Shown here: positions 9,756-19,537 of the stretch, in pieces
How positions within the stretch are numbered: the first letter of the stretch is position 1
How the letters are laid out: the number at the start of each line of letters is the position of its first letter
Source of the DNA: an uncultured Methanosarcinales archaeon
GTDB taxonomy: Archaea > Nanobdellota > Nanobdellia > Woesearchaeales > CAZYIM01
Assembly (NCBI GenBank): GCA_964647565.1
Contig: CAZYIM010000002.1
Location: 16,235-80,234, forward strand
Length of the DNA: 64,000 bases
Direction: 5' to 3'
The notes under the pieces: model-generated
The model's database searches: none
What the model was told of the DNA's origin: nothing
The model's input: the letters and a program-made list of their open reading frames with translations, nothing else
Translations under genes and position numbers: made by a program

Positions 9756-10472
9756 ATGGAACCATTACAACACCAAATGATGGGATATGATAGGGCTATA
9801 ACCATGTTTAGTCCTGATGGACGACTGCTGCAGGTAGAATACGCAAAGAAGACAGTTCGCTTAGGCAACACAGCTATTGGTATGGTTTGTACTGACGGTG
9901 TCATCCTTGTGACTGATAAGAGAATAGTGGACAAACTTGTTGTATCTGAAGCAATAGAGAAGATATTCCAGATTGATGATCATTTAATGGCTACAGCTGC
10001 AGGTATTATCAGTGATGCAAGAATCCTGGTTGAAAGAGCTCAACTTAAGGCTCAGCAGCACATGGTAACATATGACAGCCCAATCGATAGTATTAGTATT
10101 GTCAGGGACATCTGTAATCTTAAACAGATGTGTACCCAGTCTGGTGGATTGAGGCCGTTTGGTGTGTCACTTTTGATTGCAGGAGTAGATGAAAGCGGTA
10201 TGAAGCTCTTTGAGACGGATCCCACAGGCATATACTATCAGTATAGAGCCTCAGCAATCGGGGAAGGAGAGCCAGAGATAGAAGAAATCCTCCAAAAGGA
10301 GTACAAGGATTCAATGACAGTGGAAGAAGGACTAAAGCTTTGCATTAAGGCCTTAAAAAAAGTGCTTGATTCCAACTTCAATCATGAGAGGATCGATGCT
10401 GCATTCATATCTGAGAAGAATAAGAAAATGCAGAAATTCCCCAGAACAACCATTGCTAAGATATTAAAATAA
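9756..10472 (+). CDS. psmA: Proteasome subunit alpha
   Basis: GYDRAITMFSPDGRLLQVEYA and RPFGVSLL. Confidence 0.97.
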   Translation: MEPLQHQMMGYDRAITMFSPDGRLLQVEYAKKTVRLGNTAIGMVCTDGVILVTDKRIVDKLVVSEAIEKIFQIDDHLMATAAGIISDARILVERAQLKAQQHMVTYDSPIDSISIVRDICNLKQMCTQSGGLRPFGVSLLIAGVDESGMKLFETDPTGIYYQYRASAIGEGEPEIEEILQKEYKDSMTVEEGLKLCIKALKKVLDSNFNHERIDAAFISEKNKKMQKFPRTTIAKILK

Positions 10473-10484
10473 AGGTGAAAAATT

Positions 10485-11204
10485 ATGAAAGGATTTCAAA
10501 CATTTGATCGTGAAAGGGTCTCATTTAACCTGGCTAAACTTAAGAAAGGCGGGGAAACATTTGAGATAGCAATAGACCCGGATCTTGCAATAGATCTAAA
10601 ACATGGTAAGGATGTTGATATGAGAGACGTATTAAAGTCTGAAGATATTTTTTCAGACGCAAAAAAAGGTACTCTTGCATCAGAAAGTAAGATGCATGAG
10701 TTATTTAACACTTCTGATCCTCTGAAAGTGGCCGAAGCCATCATTAATGATGGCCAGATTCAGCTCTCTTCAGAGTATCGAGAAAAACTTAGAGAGGAAA
10801 AAAAGAATAAAATAGTCAATATCATTCATCGAAATGCTATTGATCCGAAAACTAATCTACCACACCCTCCACAAAGAATCGAAAATGCATTCAAGGAGGC
10901 AAAGGTACATATTGATGAGTTCAAAAAAGCAGAAGAACAGGTAGAAGATATTGTAGATAAACTAAGACCTATAATCCCAATCAAATTTGCTACTAGAAAG
11001 ATTGAAGTTCATATTGGTTCTGAATATGCTGCCAAATTATACGGCACAATTCAGTCCTTTGGCAAGATTTCTAAAGATAATTGGTTAGGAGATGGTTCTT
11101 GGAGTGCAATTGTAGAAATTCCTGCCGGACTTCAAACAGATTTCTTTGAAGAGCTCAACAACAAGACACACGGATCAGTACAGGTGAAGATATTAGAAGA
11201 ATAG
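10485..11204 (+). CDS. Ribosome maturation factor SBDS/Sdo1
   Basis: GETFEI, IFSDAKKG, DPKTNLPHPPQRIE; exosome operon context. Confidence 0.95.
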   Translation: MKGFQTFDRERVSFNLAKLKKGGETFEIAIDPDLAIDLKHGKDVDMRDVLKSEDIFSDAKKGTLASESKMHELFNTSDPLKVAEAIINDGQIQLSSEYREKLREEKKNKIVNIIHRNAIDPKTNLPHPPQRIENAFKEAKVHIDEFKKAEEQVEDIVDKLRPIIPIKFATRKIEVHIGSEYAAKLYGTIQSFGKISKDNWLGDGSWSAIVEIPAGLQTDFFEELNNKTHGSVQVKILEE

Positions 11205-11224
11205 AATACATATAGGTGATTTAC

Positions 11225-12022
11225 ATGAGTGAATTATTAGTAAAAAATAAAGATGTTGTTGCACCTGGACAAGTTCTTGCCGTTGGCATGGATTACTTGC
11301 CCAGTAATGGAACATATAGATTAGATGATAAGATACTAGCAAACAGGCTCGGTCTTATCACAGTAGATGGAAAAGTAATAAAGTCGATTCCGCTTGCAGG
11401 TAGATATATGCCTAAGCCAAAGGATATTATAATTGGCAGGGTTAAAGATATCTTAATGACTGGTTGGAGAATGGACATAAGCAGTCCTTATTCAGCTGTT
11501 CTTTCTGTTAGAGATACCAGAGAGTTCATAAGGAATACAGATGATCTTTCTAGGGCATATGCACTTGATGACTGGGTTGTTGTGATGATAACTAAGGTAA
11601 CAAGCCAGAATCTTGTAGATGTGTCGATGAAAGGCCCTGGAGGCTTAAGAAAGCTGAGAGGTGGCAGAATAATCAAGGTAAATACCCATAAGGTCCCAAG
11701 GATAATTGGAAAGAAGGGATCAATGGTGTCCATGATTAAATTGGCAACAGATTGTCAGATAACTGTCGGCCAGAATGGTAATGTGTGGATTTCAGGAAAC
11801 GATCCAAATAAGGAGCTAGTGGCTGTTTTAGCAATACAGATGATTGAAGAACAATCACACGTTTCTGGATTGACCAATATTATCAAGAAGTTCTTGGAGG
11901 AAAAGACAGGAGCCAAGATTCCTGATGCTCCGATGAATGAGGACAACCACCAAAGCCAACATGGTGATAATCATCAACATGGTGATAACCACCAACAACA
12001 TTCCAGGGAGGGATCACAATGA
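11225..12022 (+). CDS. rrp4: Exosome cap subunit Rrp4 with His-rich tail
   Basis: S1 and KH domains (PRIIGKKGSM, VGQNGNVW); C-terminal HQHGDN repeats. Confidence 0.95.
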   Translation: MSELLVKNKDVVAPGQVLAVGMDYLPSNGTYRLDDKILANRLGLITVDGKVIKSIPLAGRYMPKPKDIIIGRVKDILMTGWRMDISSPYSAVLSVRDTREFIRNTDDLSRAYALDDWVVVMITKVTSQNLVDVSMKGPGGLRKLRGGRIIKVNTHKVPRIIGKKGSMVSMIKLATDCQITVGQNGNVWISGNDPNKELVAVLAIQMIEEQSHVSGLTNIIKKFLEEKTGAKIPDAPMNEDNHQSQHGDNHQHGDNHQQHSREGSQ

Positions 12023-12741
12023 CTGACCAAAAACGACCAGACGGAAGAGCCATGGATGAACCCCGACCTATGGAGGCTAAAGCAGGAGTTATCAAGAAAG
12101 CAGACGGATCTGCATACTTTAGAATTGGTAGGACCTTTGCTTATGCAGCAGTTTATGGACCCAGGGAACTTCATCCAAGATCCATGCAGGATCCTAAAAG
12201 AGGCTTGTTGAGAGTTAACTACAACATGATGCCTTTCTCAGGTGATGGTGATAGGGTAAGGCCAGGACCAAGCAGGCGTTCAAAGGAAATATCACAGGTT
12301 ACAGCATTGGCATTTCTGCCAGTAGTTGATCTTGAAGATTATCCTAATGCAGTTGTTGATGTATTTATTGAGCTGCCAGAAACAAATGCAGGTTCACGAT
12401 GTGCAGGCATATGTGCAGCTTCAATAGCTCTGGCCGATGCAGGCATAACCATGAAGGACATGGTGGCATCTGTATCTGGTGGTAAGGTAGGCGATTCCCT
12501 TAGGATTGATTTGGATGGAGAAGAAGAACATATCGACGATGTTGATGTTGCCGACATACCAATTGCAGTGGTGCCAAGTACTGGCGAGATAACTCTATTG
12601 CAGATGGATGGTTTTATCAAAAAAGATGAACTCCTTAGTGTTATGGAGACTGTGAAAAAGAAATGTGCAGAGATTGCAGAGGTGCAGAGGCAGGCGATAA
12701 GAGACCGGTTTGCAGTTACAGCAGGTGATAAAAATGAATGA
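12019..12741 (+). CDS. rrp41: Exosome core subunit Rrp41
   Basis: RPDGR, ADGSAY, VYGPRE, PSRRSKEIS, AGSR RNase PH motifs. Confidence 0.95.
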   Translation: MTDQKRPDGRAMDEPRPMEAKAGVIKKADGSAYFRIGRTFAYAAVYGPRELHPRSMQDPKRGLLRVNYNMMPFSGDGDRVRPGPSRRSKEISQVTALAFLPVVDLEDYPNAVVDVFIELPETNAGSRCAGICAASIALADAGITMKDMVASVSGGKVGDSLRIDLDGEEEHIDDVDVADIPIAVVPSTGEITLLQMDGFIKKDELLSVMETVKKKCAEIAEVQRQAIRDRFAVTAGDKNE

Positions 12742-13525
12742 AGATGTAAAAAAGCACATCAGTGATTGCCTGTTGAAAGGTATAAGGCTAGATGGTCGAA
12801 AAAAGAATGAATTTAGAGATATTGAAATTCAGACTGGTGTCAGTTCAACTGCAGAAGGCTCGGCAAGAGTCAAGTGCGGCGATACTGAAGTGATTGCAGG
12901 AGTCAAGATGGCAGTTGGAGTACCATATCCTGACAGCCCAGACGATGGTGTGTTAATGGTTGGAGCAGAACTTCTTCCGTTATCAAATCCTGAATTTGAG
13001 TCCGGACCTCCAAGGTTTGCGTCAATCGAGATTGCCAGGGTTATTGACCGAGGCATAAGAGAGAGTAAGACCATAGATACAAAATCACTTTGTATTGAAC
13101 CAGGCAAGAAAGTATGGATGGTCCAGGTAGATATTTGCCCTATTAACTCAGATGGAAACTTAATAGACATAGGTTCAATTGCAGCTCTTGCAGCTCTTAA
13201 GACAGCAAAGTTCCCTTCATATGATGAGAAACTTGAAAAAGTAGACTATCATACTAAAACAGACAAAAAGCTTCCGCTTTCAAAGAATCCCATACCTGTG
13301 ACTGTTATCAAGATAGGTGATAATCTTCTGGTCGATCCTCTTGAAGCTGAAGAGAAGGCATTGGATGCCAGGTTGACAGTTACTCATATTGACGATGGTA
13401 AGATATGTTCTCTGCAGAAAGGTGGAGAGGCGTCCTTGACTGTTGAGGATATTGATGCTATGGTTGCTCTTGCAGATGAGAACAGCAAAAAGTTAAGGGA
13501 GCAGATAAATAAAGTTGAAGGGTGA
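12734..13525 (+). CDS. rrp42: Exosome core subunit Rrp42
   Basis: RLDGRKKNEFR, AEGSARV, FESGPP, DRGIRES, QKGG. Confidence 0.95.
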   Translation: MNEDVKKHISDCLLKGIRLDGRKKNEFRDIEIQTGVSSTAEGSARVKCGDTEVIAGVKMAVGVPYPDSPDDGVLMVGAELLPLSNPEFESGPPRFASIEIARVIDRGIRESKTIDTKSLCIEPGKKVWMVQVDICPINSDGNLIDIGSIAALAALKTAKFPSYDEKLEKVDYHTKTDKKLPLSKNPIPVTVIKIGDNLLVDPLEAEEKALDARLTVTHIDDGKICSLQKGGEASLTVEDIDAMVALADENSKKLREQINKVEG

Positions 13526-13584
13526 GAAAATGCTTAAAAATCGTTACACAATTTTTAGCATATTTAAAACCGGAGGTTTTAAAC

Positions 13585-13827
13585 ATGAAGTCGAAGCTTG
13601 AAGAAGGCGAATTCACCAAATATGAAAAAGCCCGGATGATTGGCAGCAGGGCGCTCCAGATATCTATGGGCGCTCCTTTCCTCGTAAAATTAAATCAGAA
13701 GCAGCTTGAGGAACTCAATTTCAATCCTGTTGAGATTGCCAAGCGAGAGTTCGAAGCAGGTGTCATTCCAATTGAAGTCAAAAGGACCCTGCCCAGGCTC
13801 GAGGAAGAAGAAGCCAAAGCTGAGTAA
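13585..13827 (+). CDS. rpoK: DNA-directed RNA polymerase subunit K (Rpo6)
   Basis: FTKYEKARMIGSRALQISMGAP; GGAGG SD before ATG 13585. Confidence 0.95.
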   Translation: MKSKLEEGEFTKYEKARMIGSRALQISMGAPFLVKLNQKQLEELNFNPVEIAKREFEAGVIPIEVKRTLPRLEEEEAKAE

Positions 13828-13890
13828 TTTTTTATTTTATTTCTTTTTTTTATATTTACAAGTAGTTGACAAGTTATGAGAACTGCTTGA

Positions 13891-14214
13891 TCATATTGTT
13901 TTCTTTATGAACGGCTTCATCAAGAGAGCCAGAATGAATAAGAATATTGCGCTTGCCAATCCCCAAGCCCAGTTCTGCAATGCAAGTGTTGCCAGCACCA
14001 GGGTTATTATGATCACTATTATCATCGGAGGACCATAGAAAAAAAAATCAATAACATAGATCCCTGCGAGCACTATGAAAAATATCAGGCTTAGGTGGGT
14101 GAGTATACTTATGTGTCCAAAACCTATGATTGTAGGATCTATGAAGCCAAAGAAAAGAGCTCCTACAAAAGCCAATGAGATGATGTCAGTGATAAGCCTG
14201 GGAATGTAAACCAT
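13891..14214 (-). CDS. Small membrane protein
   Basis: About 4 hydrophobic segments. Confidence 0.65.
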   Translation of the reverse strand: MVYIPRLITDIISLAFVGALFFGFIDPTIIGFGHISILTHLSLIFFIVLAGIYVIDFFFYGPPMIIVIIITLVLATLALQNWAWGLASAIFLFILALLMKPFIKKTI

Positions 14215-14343
14215 GATTGATTCTTTGAGAATTAGGTATTTAAATATTTCGATGGGATATTTTACTACTTATTAGTGGTTAATAAACGAAAGATTTATAA
14301 AGGATTAGTATATAATGATACCATTGAGATAAGAGGTGATCTA

Positions 14344-15168
14344 ATGAATACCTTTGAAATGTTGAATGTTATTTTGAATGCAAGTCCGTACAAAGCTGAA
14401 AAAGAGCATAACGAGCAAATTGAACAGGCAAATAAGAGCCTTCGAGATGCTGAAAAATCAGAAAAGTATCTGGGTGAAACAGTCCGGAGATTAACTGGAT
14501 ACATTGAAGCTGCAAAACAGTCAAAAACCTTCGATGCATCCGATGATTATTTCTTAAGAGGTAAGATGGGCGGTGAAGATATATACTATAAACCTATACA
14601 TGAAAGGAATGGTACACCTGATGAATACCCTTCAGATTATTTCTTAGAGCATATAGCTGAACAATTTGAAAACTATAAAACATCCTTTGAAATTGCTCAA
14701 CAAAAAGTTATTGAACTTAAACAAGCTGATGGACCAAAAGCACCTGATTTTAAGAAATTAAAAGACGAATATGATCAGACTATATCTGAATTCAACAAGA
14801 AATTCGATGGTGTTGTTAACGTGACTTTGGTCAAACAAAAATTCAATGAGGTTCCTGCTTGTCCTCTTATATACTTGACAGAAGATGCATCAACTCTTCG
14901 AGGAGATATGCAAACTTTTGTAGAAAGTAATATTGATGAGCTGGATGTTGAGGCAGTCCATCCAACAGAAGGTGAGGTTGCTCCGGTTCTGAATGTCTTT
15001 CCCAAACAAGGGATGGGTACTGGTTGGATTGATTTCTTCCGAAGTGATCAAGTATATATTGATCCAAAAAAGATACCTAAAGGGGTGGTTATGTCTGCCT
15101 CAAGTCTAGATCAGGATAGTTTTATGACTCGAATTCTATCGAGTTATCTTGACTCCAAGCTAAGTTGA
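14344..15168 (+). CDS. Hypothetical protein with N-terminal coiled coil
   Basis: GAGGTGA SD before ATG 14344; no recognised family. Confidence 0.7.
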   Translation: MNTFEMLNVILNASPYKAEKEHNEQIEQANKSLRDAEKSEKYLGETVRRLTGYIEAAKQSKTFDASDDYFLRGKMGGEDIYYKPIHERNGTPDEYPSDYFLEHIAEQFENYKTSFEIAQQKVIELKQADGPKAPDFKKLKDEYDQTISEFNKKFDGVVNVTLVKQKFNEVPACPLIYLTEDASTLRGDMQTFVESNIDELDVEAVHPTEGEVAPVLNVFPKQGMGTGWIDFFRSDQVYIDPKKIPKGVVMSASSLDQDSFMTRILSSYLDSKLS

Positions 15169-15289
15169 TTTCTTATTTTATTTTTTCCCTTTCTTTTCAT
15201 AAACTTACAAGATTTTAGAAAATTTTGAAGTTAAGAAATATCAAAATATTTCATAAACTTTTTAAAACCTTCTTCTTCTCTTGTGTACT

Positions 15290-16750
15290 ATGTCACAACA
15301 ACTTGGAATCACGGTAAAGAAGAAGGATGATTTTTCCGAATGGTACTCTCAGCTGGTGCAGAAAGCTGAACTTGGCGACCTTAGATATAATGTTAAAGGT
15401 TTCCTGGTTTACCTGCCCTGGGCTACCCGTACAATCCGGAAGATGTATAGCAAGTATGAGGCTGAGATGGATGCAACAGGCCATGAGCCGCTTACTATGC
15501 CGTCCTTGATTCCAGAGAGAAACTTCAATCTGGAGAAAGATCATGTAGAGGGCTTCACACCAGAGGTGTTTTGGGTTACAGAACATGGTCAAGGTGAGAA
15601 GTTCGAGGAAAGGTTGGCACTCAGGCCTACGTCTGAGACTGCTCTTTACCCTATGTATTCATTATGGATACGAAGCTATAAGGATCTTCCATTCAAGAGA
15701 TACCAATCCTGCCAGGTCTGGAGATGTGAGGGTAAGATGACCCGGCCTTTTTTCAGGGCCAGGGAATTCCATTGGATCGAGAGCCATAATGTTTATGCTA
15801 CGCATGAAGAAGCTCTTGCTCAGGTAAAAGAAGACATGGAAATAACTCTTAAGCTGCTTCAAGATGAGTTTGCAATCCCTGCCATCTTCTTCAAGAGGCC
15901 GCAATGGGATAAGTTTGCAGGAGCCCTGAATACCTATGCTGCAGATGCTTTGATGGATTCAGGAAAGGTGCTTCAATTGCCTTCCACCCATGATCTTGGT
16001 CAGAACTTTGCCAAGGCTTTTGGTGTTAAGTTTGTGGATAAGGATGGTAGTGAAAAGCACGGTTGGATTACATGTTATGGCCCTGCTATCAGCAGGATCT
16101 ATGGTGCTATGATAGCCCTTCTTGGAGATGATAACGGGTTAGTGTTACCTTTTGACCTGGCACCTTTGCAGGCTGTGATTGTTCCTATTCTATTTGATAA
16201 GAGTTCGGATGCTGTTTTGAAGAGATGTAATGAGGTGAAGAAGCAGCTGGAGAAGCTTGGCCTTAGTGCCAAGGTTGATACTCGTGATGAGAAACCTGGC
16301 TTTAAGTTCCATCATTGGGAGCTAAAAGGCGTGCCTATAAGGATTGAGGTCGGCCCGAAGGACCTGGAAAATAAGCAGGTTGTGTTATGCAGACGGGATA
16401 TAGGTGAGAAGACTGCAGTAGCTGACAAGGATTTTGATAATGTTGTCAAGGATATTAAGGCGGGCTTTACAGATAATATCAAGAAAAAACATTTCAAGAA
16501 GTTTGAGGACAGGATGGTTAATGCAAAAAACACTGCTGACATCAAGAAGGGTCTTGATTCTGGTAAGATAGTTCGTTGCGAATTCTGTTCAGATGGTCTT
16601 GACGGCGTTCCTTGCGCAGAGGTTGTTGAGAAAGAATGCGGCGGCTTTGTAAGAGGTACAAGAGCAGACAAGGAAGAGGAACCAAAAGGCTATTGTGCTA
16701 TCTGTGAGAAGGAATCCAAAGAAATTGTCTATATTGCTAAGAGCTATTAA
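15290..16750 (+). CDS. proS: Proline--tRNA ligase (archaeal/eukaryotic type)
   Basis: DFSEWY, HVEGFTPEV, LRPTSET, RPFFRAREF, HDLGQNF, C-terminal IAKSY. Confidence 0.97.
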   Translation: MSQQLGITVKKKDDFSEWYSQLVQKAELGDLRYNVKGFLVYLPWATRTIRKMYSKYEAEMDATGHEPLTMPSLIPERNFNLEKDHVEGFTPEVFWVTEHGQGEKFEERLALRPTSETALYPMYSLWIRSYKDLPFKRYQSCQVWRCEGKMTRPFFRAREFHWIESHNVYATHEEALAQVKEDMEITLKLLQDEFAIPAIFFKRPQWDKFAGALNTYAADALMDSGKVLQLPSTHDLGQNFAKAFGVKFVDKDGSEKHGWITCYGPAISRIYGAMIALLGDDNGLVLPFDLAPLQAVIVPILFDKSSDAVLKRCNEVKKQLEKLGLSAKVDTRDEKPGFKFHHWELKGVPIRIEVGPKDLENKQVVLCRRDIGEKTAVADKDFDNVVKDIKAGFTDNIKKKHFKKFEDRMVNAKNTADIKKGLDSGKIVRCEFCSDGLDGVPCAEVVEKECGGFVRGTRADKEEEPKGYCAICEKESKEIVYIAKSY

Positions 16751-16932
16751 AGGATTATTTCTTTTTTAAGTATGTCAACTTCTAGCTCTCTTTTTTCTAT
16801 TGAGAAGTTAGCCTGTAATATGAATGTGACTAATATCACATTCTCTATCTCACCATTGTTCTCTTTAATTATGGTGATAGTCTGCTCTGCCTCAAACTCC
16901 GGCAGTTTCTCTAGTTCTTGGAGTTCATTCAT
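16747..16932 (-). CDS. Small hypothetical protein
   Basis: 61-aa acidic ORF with a TATA-like sequence upstream, convergent on proS. Confidence 0.4.
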   Translation of the reverse strand: MNELQELEKLPEFEAEQTITIIKENNGEIENVILVTFILQANFSIEKRELEVDILKKEIIL

Positions 16933-17189
16933 TCTATATAGGTATACTTATTTGTATACTTATATATAAATGTTTCGAAAATATTAATTTTCAAAGCCTC
17001 AAAATCTTCGATTTTTTATGTTTCGATTGTTTGTTGTTGGTATATTCGTGCTTACAAATCTATAATTTTTCGTTACTTTTTAGTAGTAAAATAACCGAAA
17101 GTTTTATAAATGGAGACATAACCTGGGAATTGATTTTAATTTTTTTTTTTTATTCAGGTTAAATATAAACTAGAATATGAGGCGAGAAA

Positions 17190-17861
17190 ATGAAAGAAGA
17201 TGATTTTTTGATGAAAATATATAAAGACGTACTTGAGATAAGCAGTGGCAATGAGATTGATGAAAACTCATTCAACATGCTGAACTCCCTTGGATTGGCA
17301 GGACATGTTGATGCTGCTCATTATGAAAAAGGAAAACAAATGAGGTTCCCACATCTGGGTGCTCAGAAAAATCTATGGTTGAATCCAGAAGGTGCTGCTA
17401 AGACTGAAGAAGGCGACAAGTTCACAATAGTAGATAAAACCAATACTGAAGACTTGAAGCTCATTGTTGAATCTGCAGCTCTTGAATTTGATATGTGTGA
17501 ATGTAGGGACGGTAAAGACTCTTATCAGGGAATAACACAAGAGTATGGCGCTTTATTGCTTAAGGTGCAAGATGCATTATTCAATACATTCCGACAGGAA
17601 GCAGGCGATGATTGTCCCAGTTTTGCAGGTTTTAGTGAGTTTAAAGAACGCGCATATGATATCATTGATAGGATGGATCTTGATGATCATAGTACAATGC
17701 GCATCAAGTTTGGCGGTATGATCATGCCCACTATGACTGTAAAGACAGTCAGTGATTTTGCTGGGGAAAGCGTACACAGCAAGTTCACCAAGGCTGTATA
17801 TGAGAAGCGGCTTGATGGTATGGTTGACAGGATACAAACTGCTTACCAGAATCTAGATTAA
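17190..17861 (+). CDS. Hypothetical protein
   Basis: 223-aa ORF followed by a T-rich terminator-like tract. Confidence 0.7.
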   Translation: MKEDDFLMKIYKDVLEISSGNEIDENSFNMLNSLGLAGHVDAAHYEKGKQMRFPHLGAQKNLWLNPEGAAKTEEGDKFTIVDKTNTEDLKLIVESAALEFDMCECRDGKDSYQGITQEYGALLLKVQDALFNTFRQEAGDDCPSFAGFSEFKERAYDIIDRMDLDDHSTMRIKFGGMIMPTMTVKTVSDFAGESVHSKFTKAVYEKRLDGMVDRIQTAYQNLD

Positions 17862-17937
17862 TTCTTTTCTTCTTTTTTTCTTTTTCTTTTTATTACCGTA
17901 ATATTTTAATAATAGTTAGTTCAGGATTTGTTTTAGG

Positions 17938-19380
17938 TTGAAAGAGAAGAGGTTTGTTAGTTTTTTGTTAGTTGTAGTTTTATCTATGGCTTTGGCTCTT
18001 GTTTTTTTGGATTTTGTTCCTTCTGGTGGTTTGGCGGGTGTTGGTTTGAGTTGTGATTCTGTTTGTTTTGATGGTGGTTATAGTCGTGGTTTTTGTTTGC
18101 CTGAGAGTGCGGGTTGTGTTATTGAGGGTAGTGTTCATGAGGGTGTTGGTGATGTTTTTTGTTCTGAGCGGTTGTCTGTTGATTCTTTTTGTTGCTGTTT
18201 GGGTATTAGTCAGGATACTGATGGGGACCGAAATGTTTTGACTAAGTCTGTTGGTGTTGAGTTTGTTTATGCGGTTGGTCAGAGGGTTGCGAAGGTTGAG
18301 GGTGAGGATGTTTTCTTTTTTGTGAATGATCATTTGGGTAGTCCTAGGCGGGTTTTGGATGTTGGTGGTGCTGTTGTTTCTGAGTTGGATTTTTTGCCGT
18401 TTGGTGGTGAGATGACTGCTAGTGGTGAGGATTTTAAGTATACTGGCAAGGAGTTGGATTTTGATTCTGGTTTGCATTATTATGGTGCTCGTTTTTATGA
18501 TTCTGTTCTTGGCAGGTTTGTTACGCCGGATATTGTTGAAAAGTTTCCTAATCCTTATGTCTATGTTGCGAATAATCCTATGAGAAATATCGATCCTACA
18601 GGTGAGCAGGTTGTGAATCTTGCTGGCCGGCAAAAACAATTAGCAGCCGTAACTAGTTGGACCAAAAAACACATGCCTGAGCCTGTCTATAATGTCCTGA
18701 ATTTTGTTTTAGGATTCGATGAGTCTATGGAGACTAGAATGAAGAATTCACTGACAGATATGCTCCTGCCTATGTCTTCAGTTGAAAAGGTTGCTAAGAA
18801 GGGGGGTAGCAAGATACTTGACAAGGTGGGATCCTGGTTTCGGAAAAAGTTCAGATCTGCGCCAGTTAAGCAATATGGTCCTCATTCTAACAGGGAATTC
18901 GGAAGGATATACAACCAATTGCGAGAGTGGGGTGCTGATTGGGAGGCGGACGATTTTCTTAAGCTTCACCAGGCAGACCAGGTTCAATACGGAGATCTGG
19001 GATTTAATGTGTTTGTAAGCAAGAATCCGACTGGAGGATACTGGAAGTCCAGTGATATATTTACTGACAGGCTAGGTGGTCGAATCAATCTGGGACCTGA
19101 GCTTGGTGTCACAATAATGGATATGCCGCGAGTCCCTTACTTTTGGGGGTTTGGTAGAAAACGAATGAAAGATGCCACTGCCTTTGAGGCTTCGGTTGTG
19201 ATGCACGAACTTCAGCATAAGATGAATCCTGGTATGTCTGAAAAAGGAGTGGTTTGGCAGACCATTCGTCGAAAGCTAGGGTTGGATGTGGACTACATGC
19301 GGCCTAGCGAGGATTTTGTGCTGATTAATAACAGGTTAAGTGATAATTATCTAGACATGGCTAAGAACGGTATCAAATGA
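17938..19380 (+). CDS. Rhs core-toxin cassette 1: N-terminal TM/signal, Cys-rich module, Rhs-associated core, C-terminal HExxH domain
   Basis: NDHLGSPR, KYTGKELD, GLHYYGARFYD, NPYVYVANNPMRNIDPTG; HELQH at 19204. Confidence 0.88.
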   Translation: MKEKRFVSFLLVVVLSMALALVFLDFVPSGGLAGVGLSCDSVCFDGGYSRGFCLPESAGCVIEGSVHEGVGDVFCSERLSVDSFCCCLGISQDTDGDRNVLTKSVGVEFVYAVGQRVAKVEGEDVFFFVNDHLGSPRRVLDVGGAVVSELDFLPFGGEMTASGEDFKYTGKELDFDSGLHYYGARFYDSVLGRFVTPDIVEKFPNPYVYVANNPMRNIDPTGEQVVNLAGRQKQLAAVTSWTKKHMPEPVYNVLNFVLGFDESMETRMKNSLTDMLLPMSSVEKVAKKGGSKILDKVGSWFRKKFRSAPVKQYGPHSNREFGRIYNQLREWGADWEADDFLKLHQADQVQYGDLGFNVFVSKNPTGGYWKSSDIFTDRLGGRINLGPELGVTIMDMPRVPYFWGFGRKRMKDATAFEASVVMHELQHKMNPGMSEKGVVWQTIRRKLGLDVDYMRPSEDFVLINNRLSDNYLDMAKNGIK

Positions 19381-19537
19381 AATACATTTTCAAAAACTCA
19401 CAAAACTTGAGGTTTTGCAAGGCTTTTTATTGCGAAAACTAGCAAAACTTTTTGGTGCGTTTTGAAGTTTTCCCATCTTTGCGATGCGAAAACTATTTAA
19501 ATAATTTCATCAAGAGGAATATCGAAGAGGGATACTC

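Noticed and set aside
17980..18639. 219-aa minus-strand ORF rich in K/N/T/I
   Set aside because: Shadow of the G+T-rich Rhs cassette on the opposite strand.
19381..19500. Short repeats (tgcgaaaacta twice) as a CRISPR array or an immunity gene
   Set aside because: Too short and irregular, no spacers or cas genes, and no plausible ORF.
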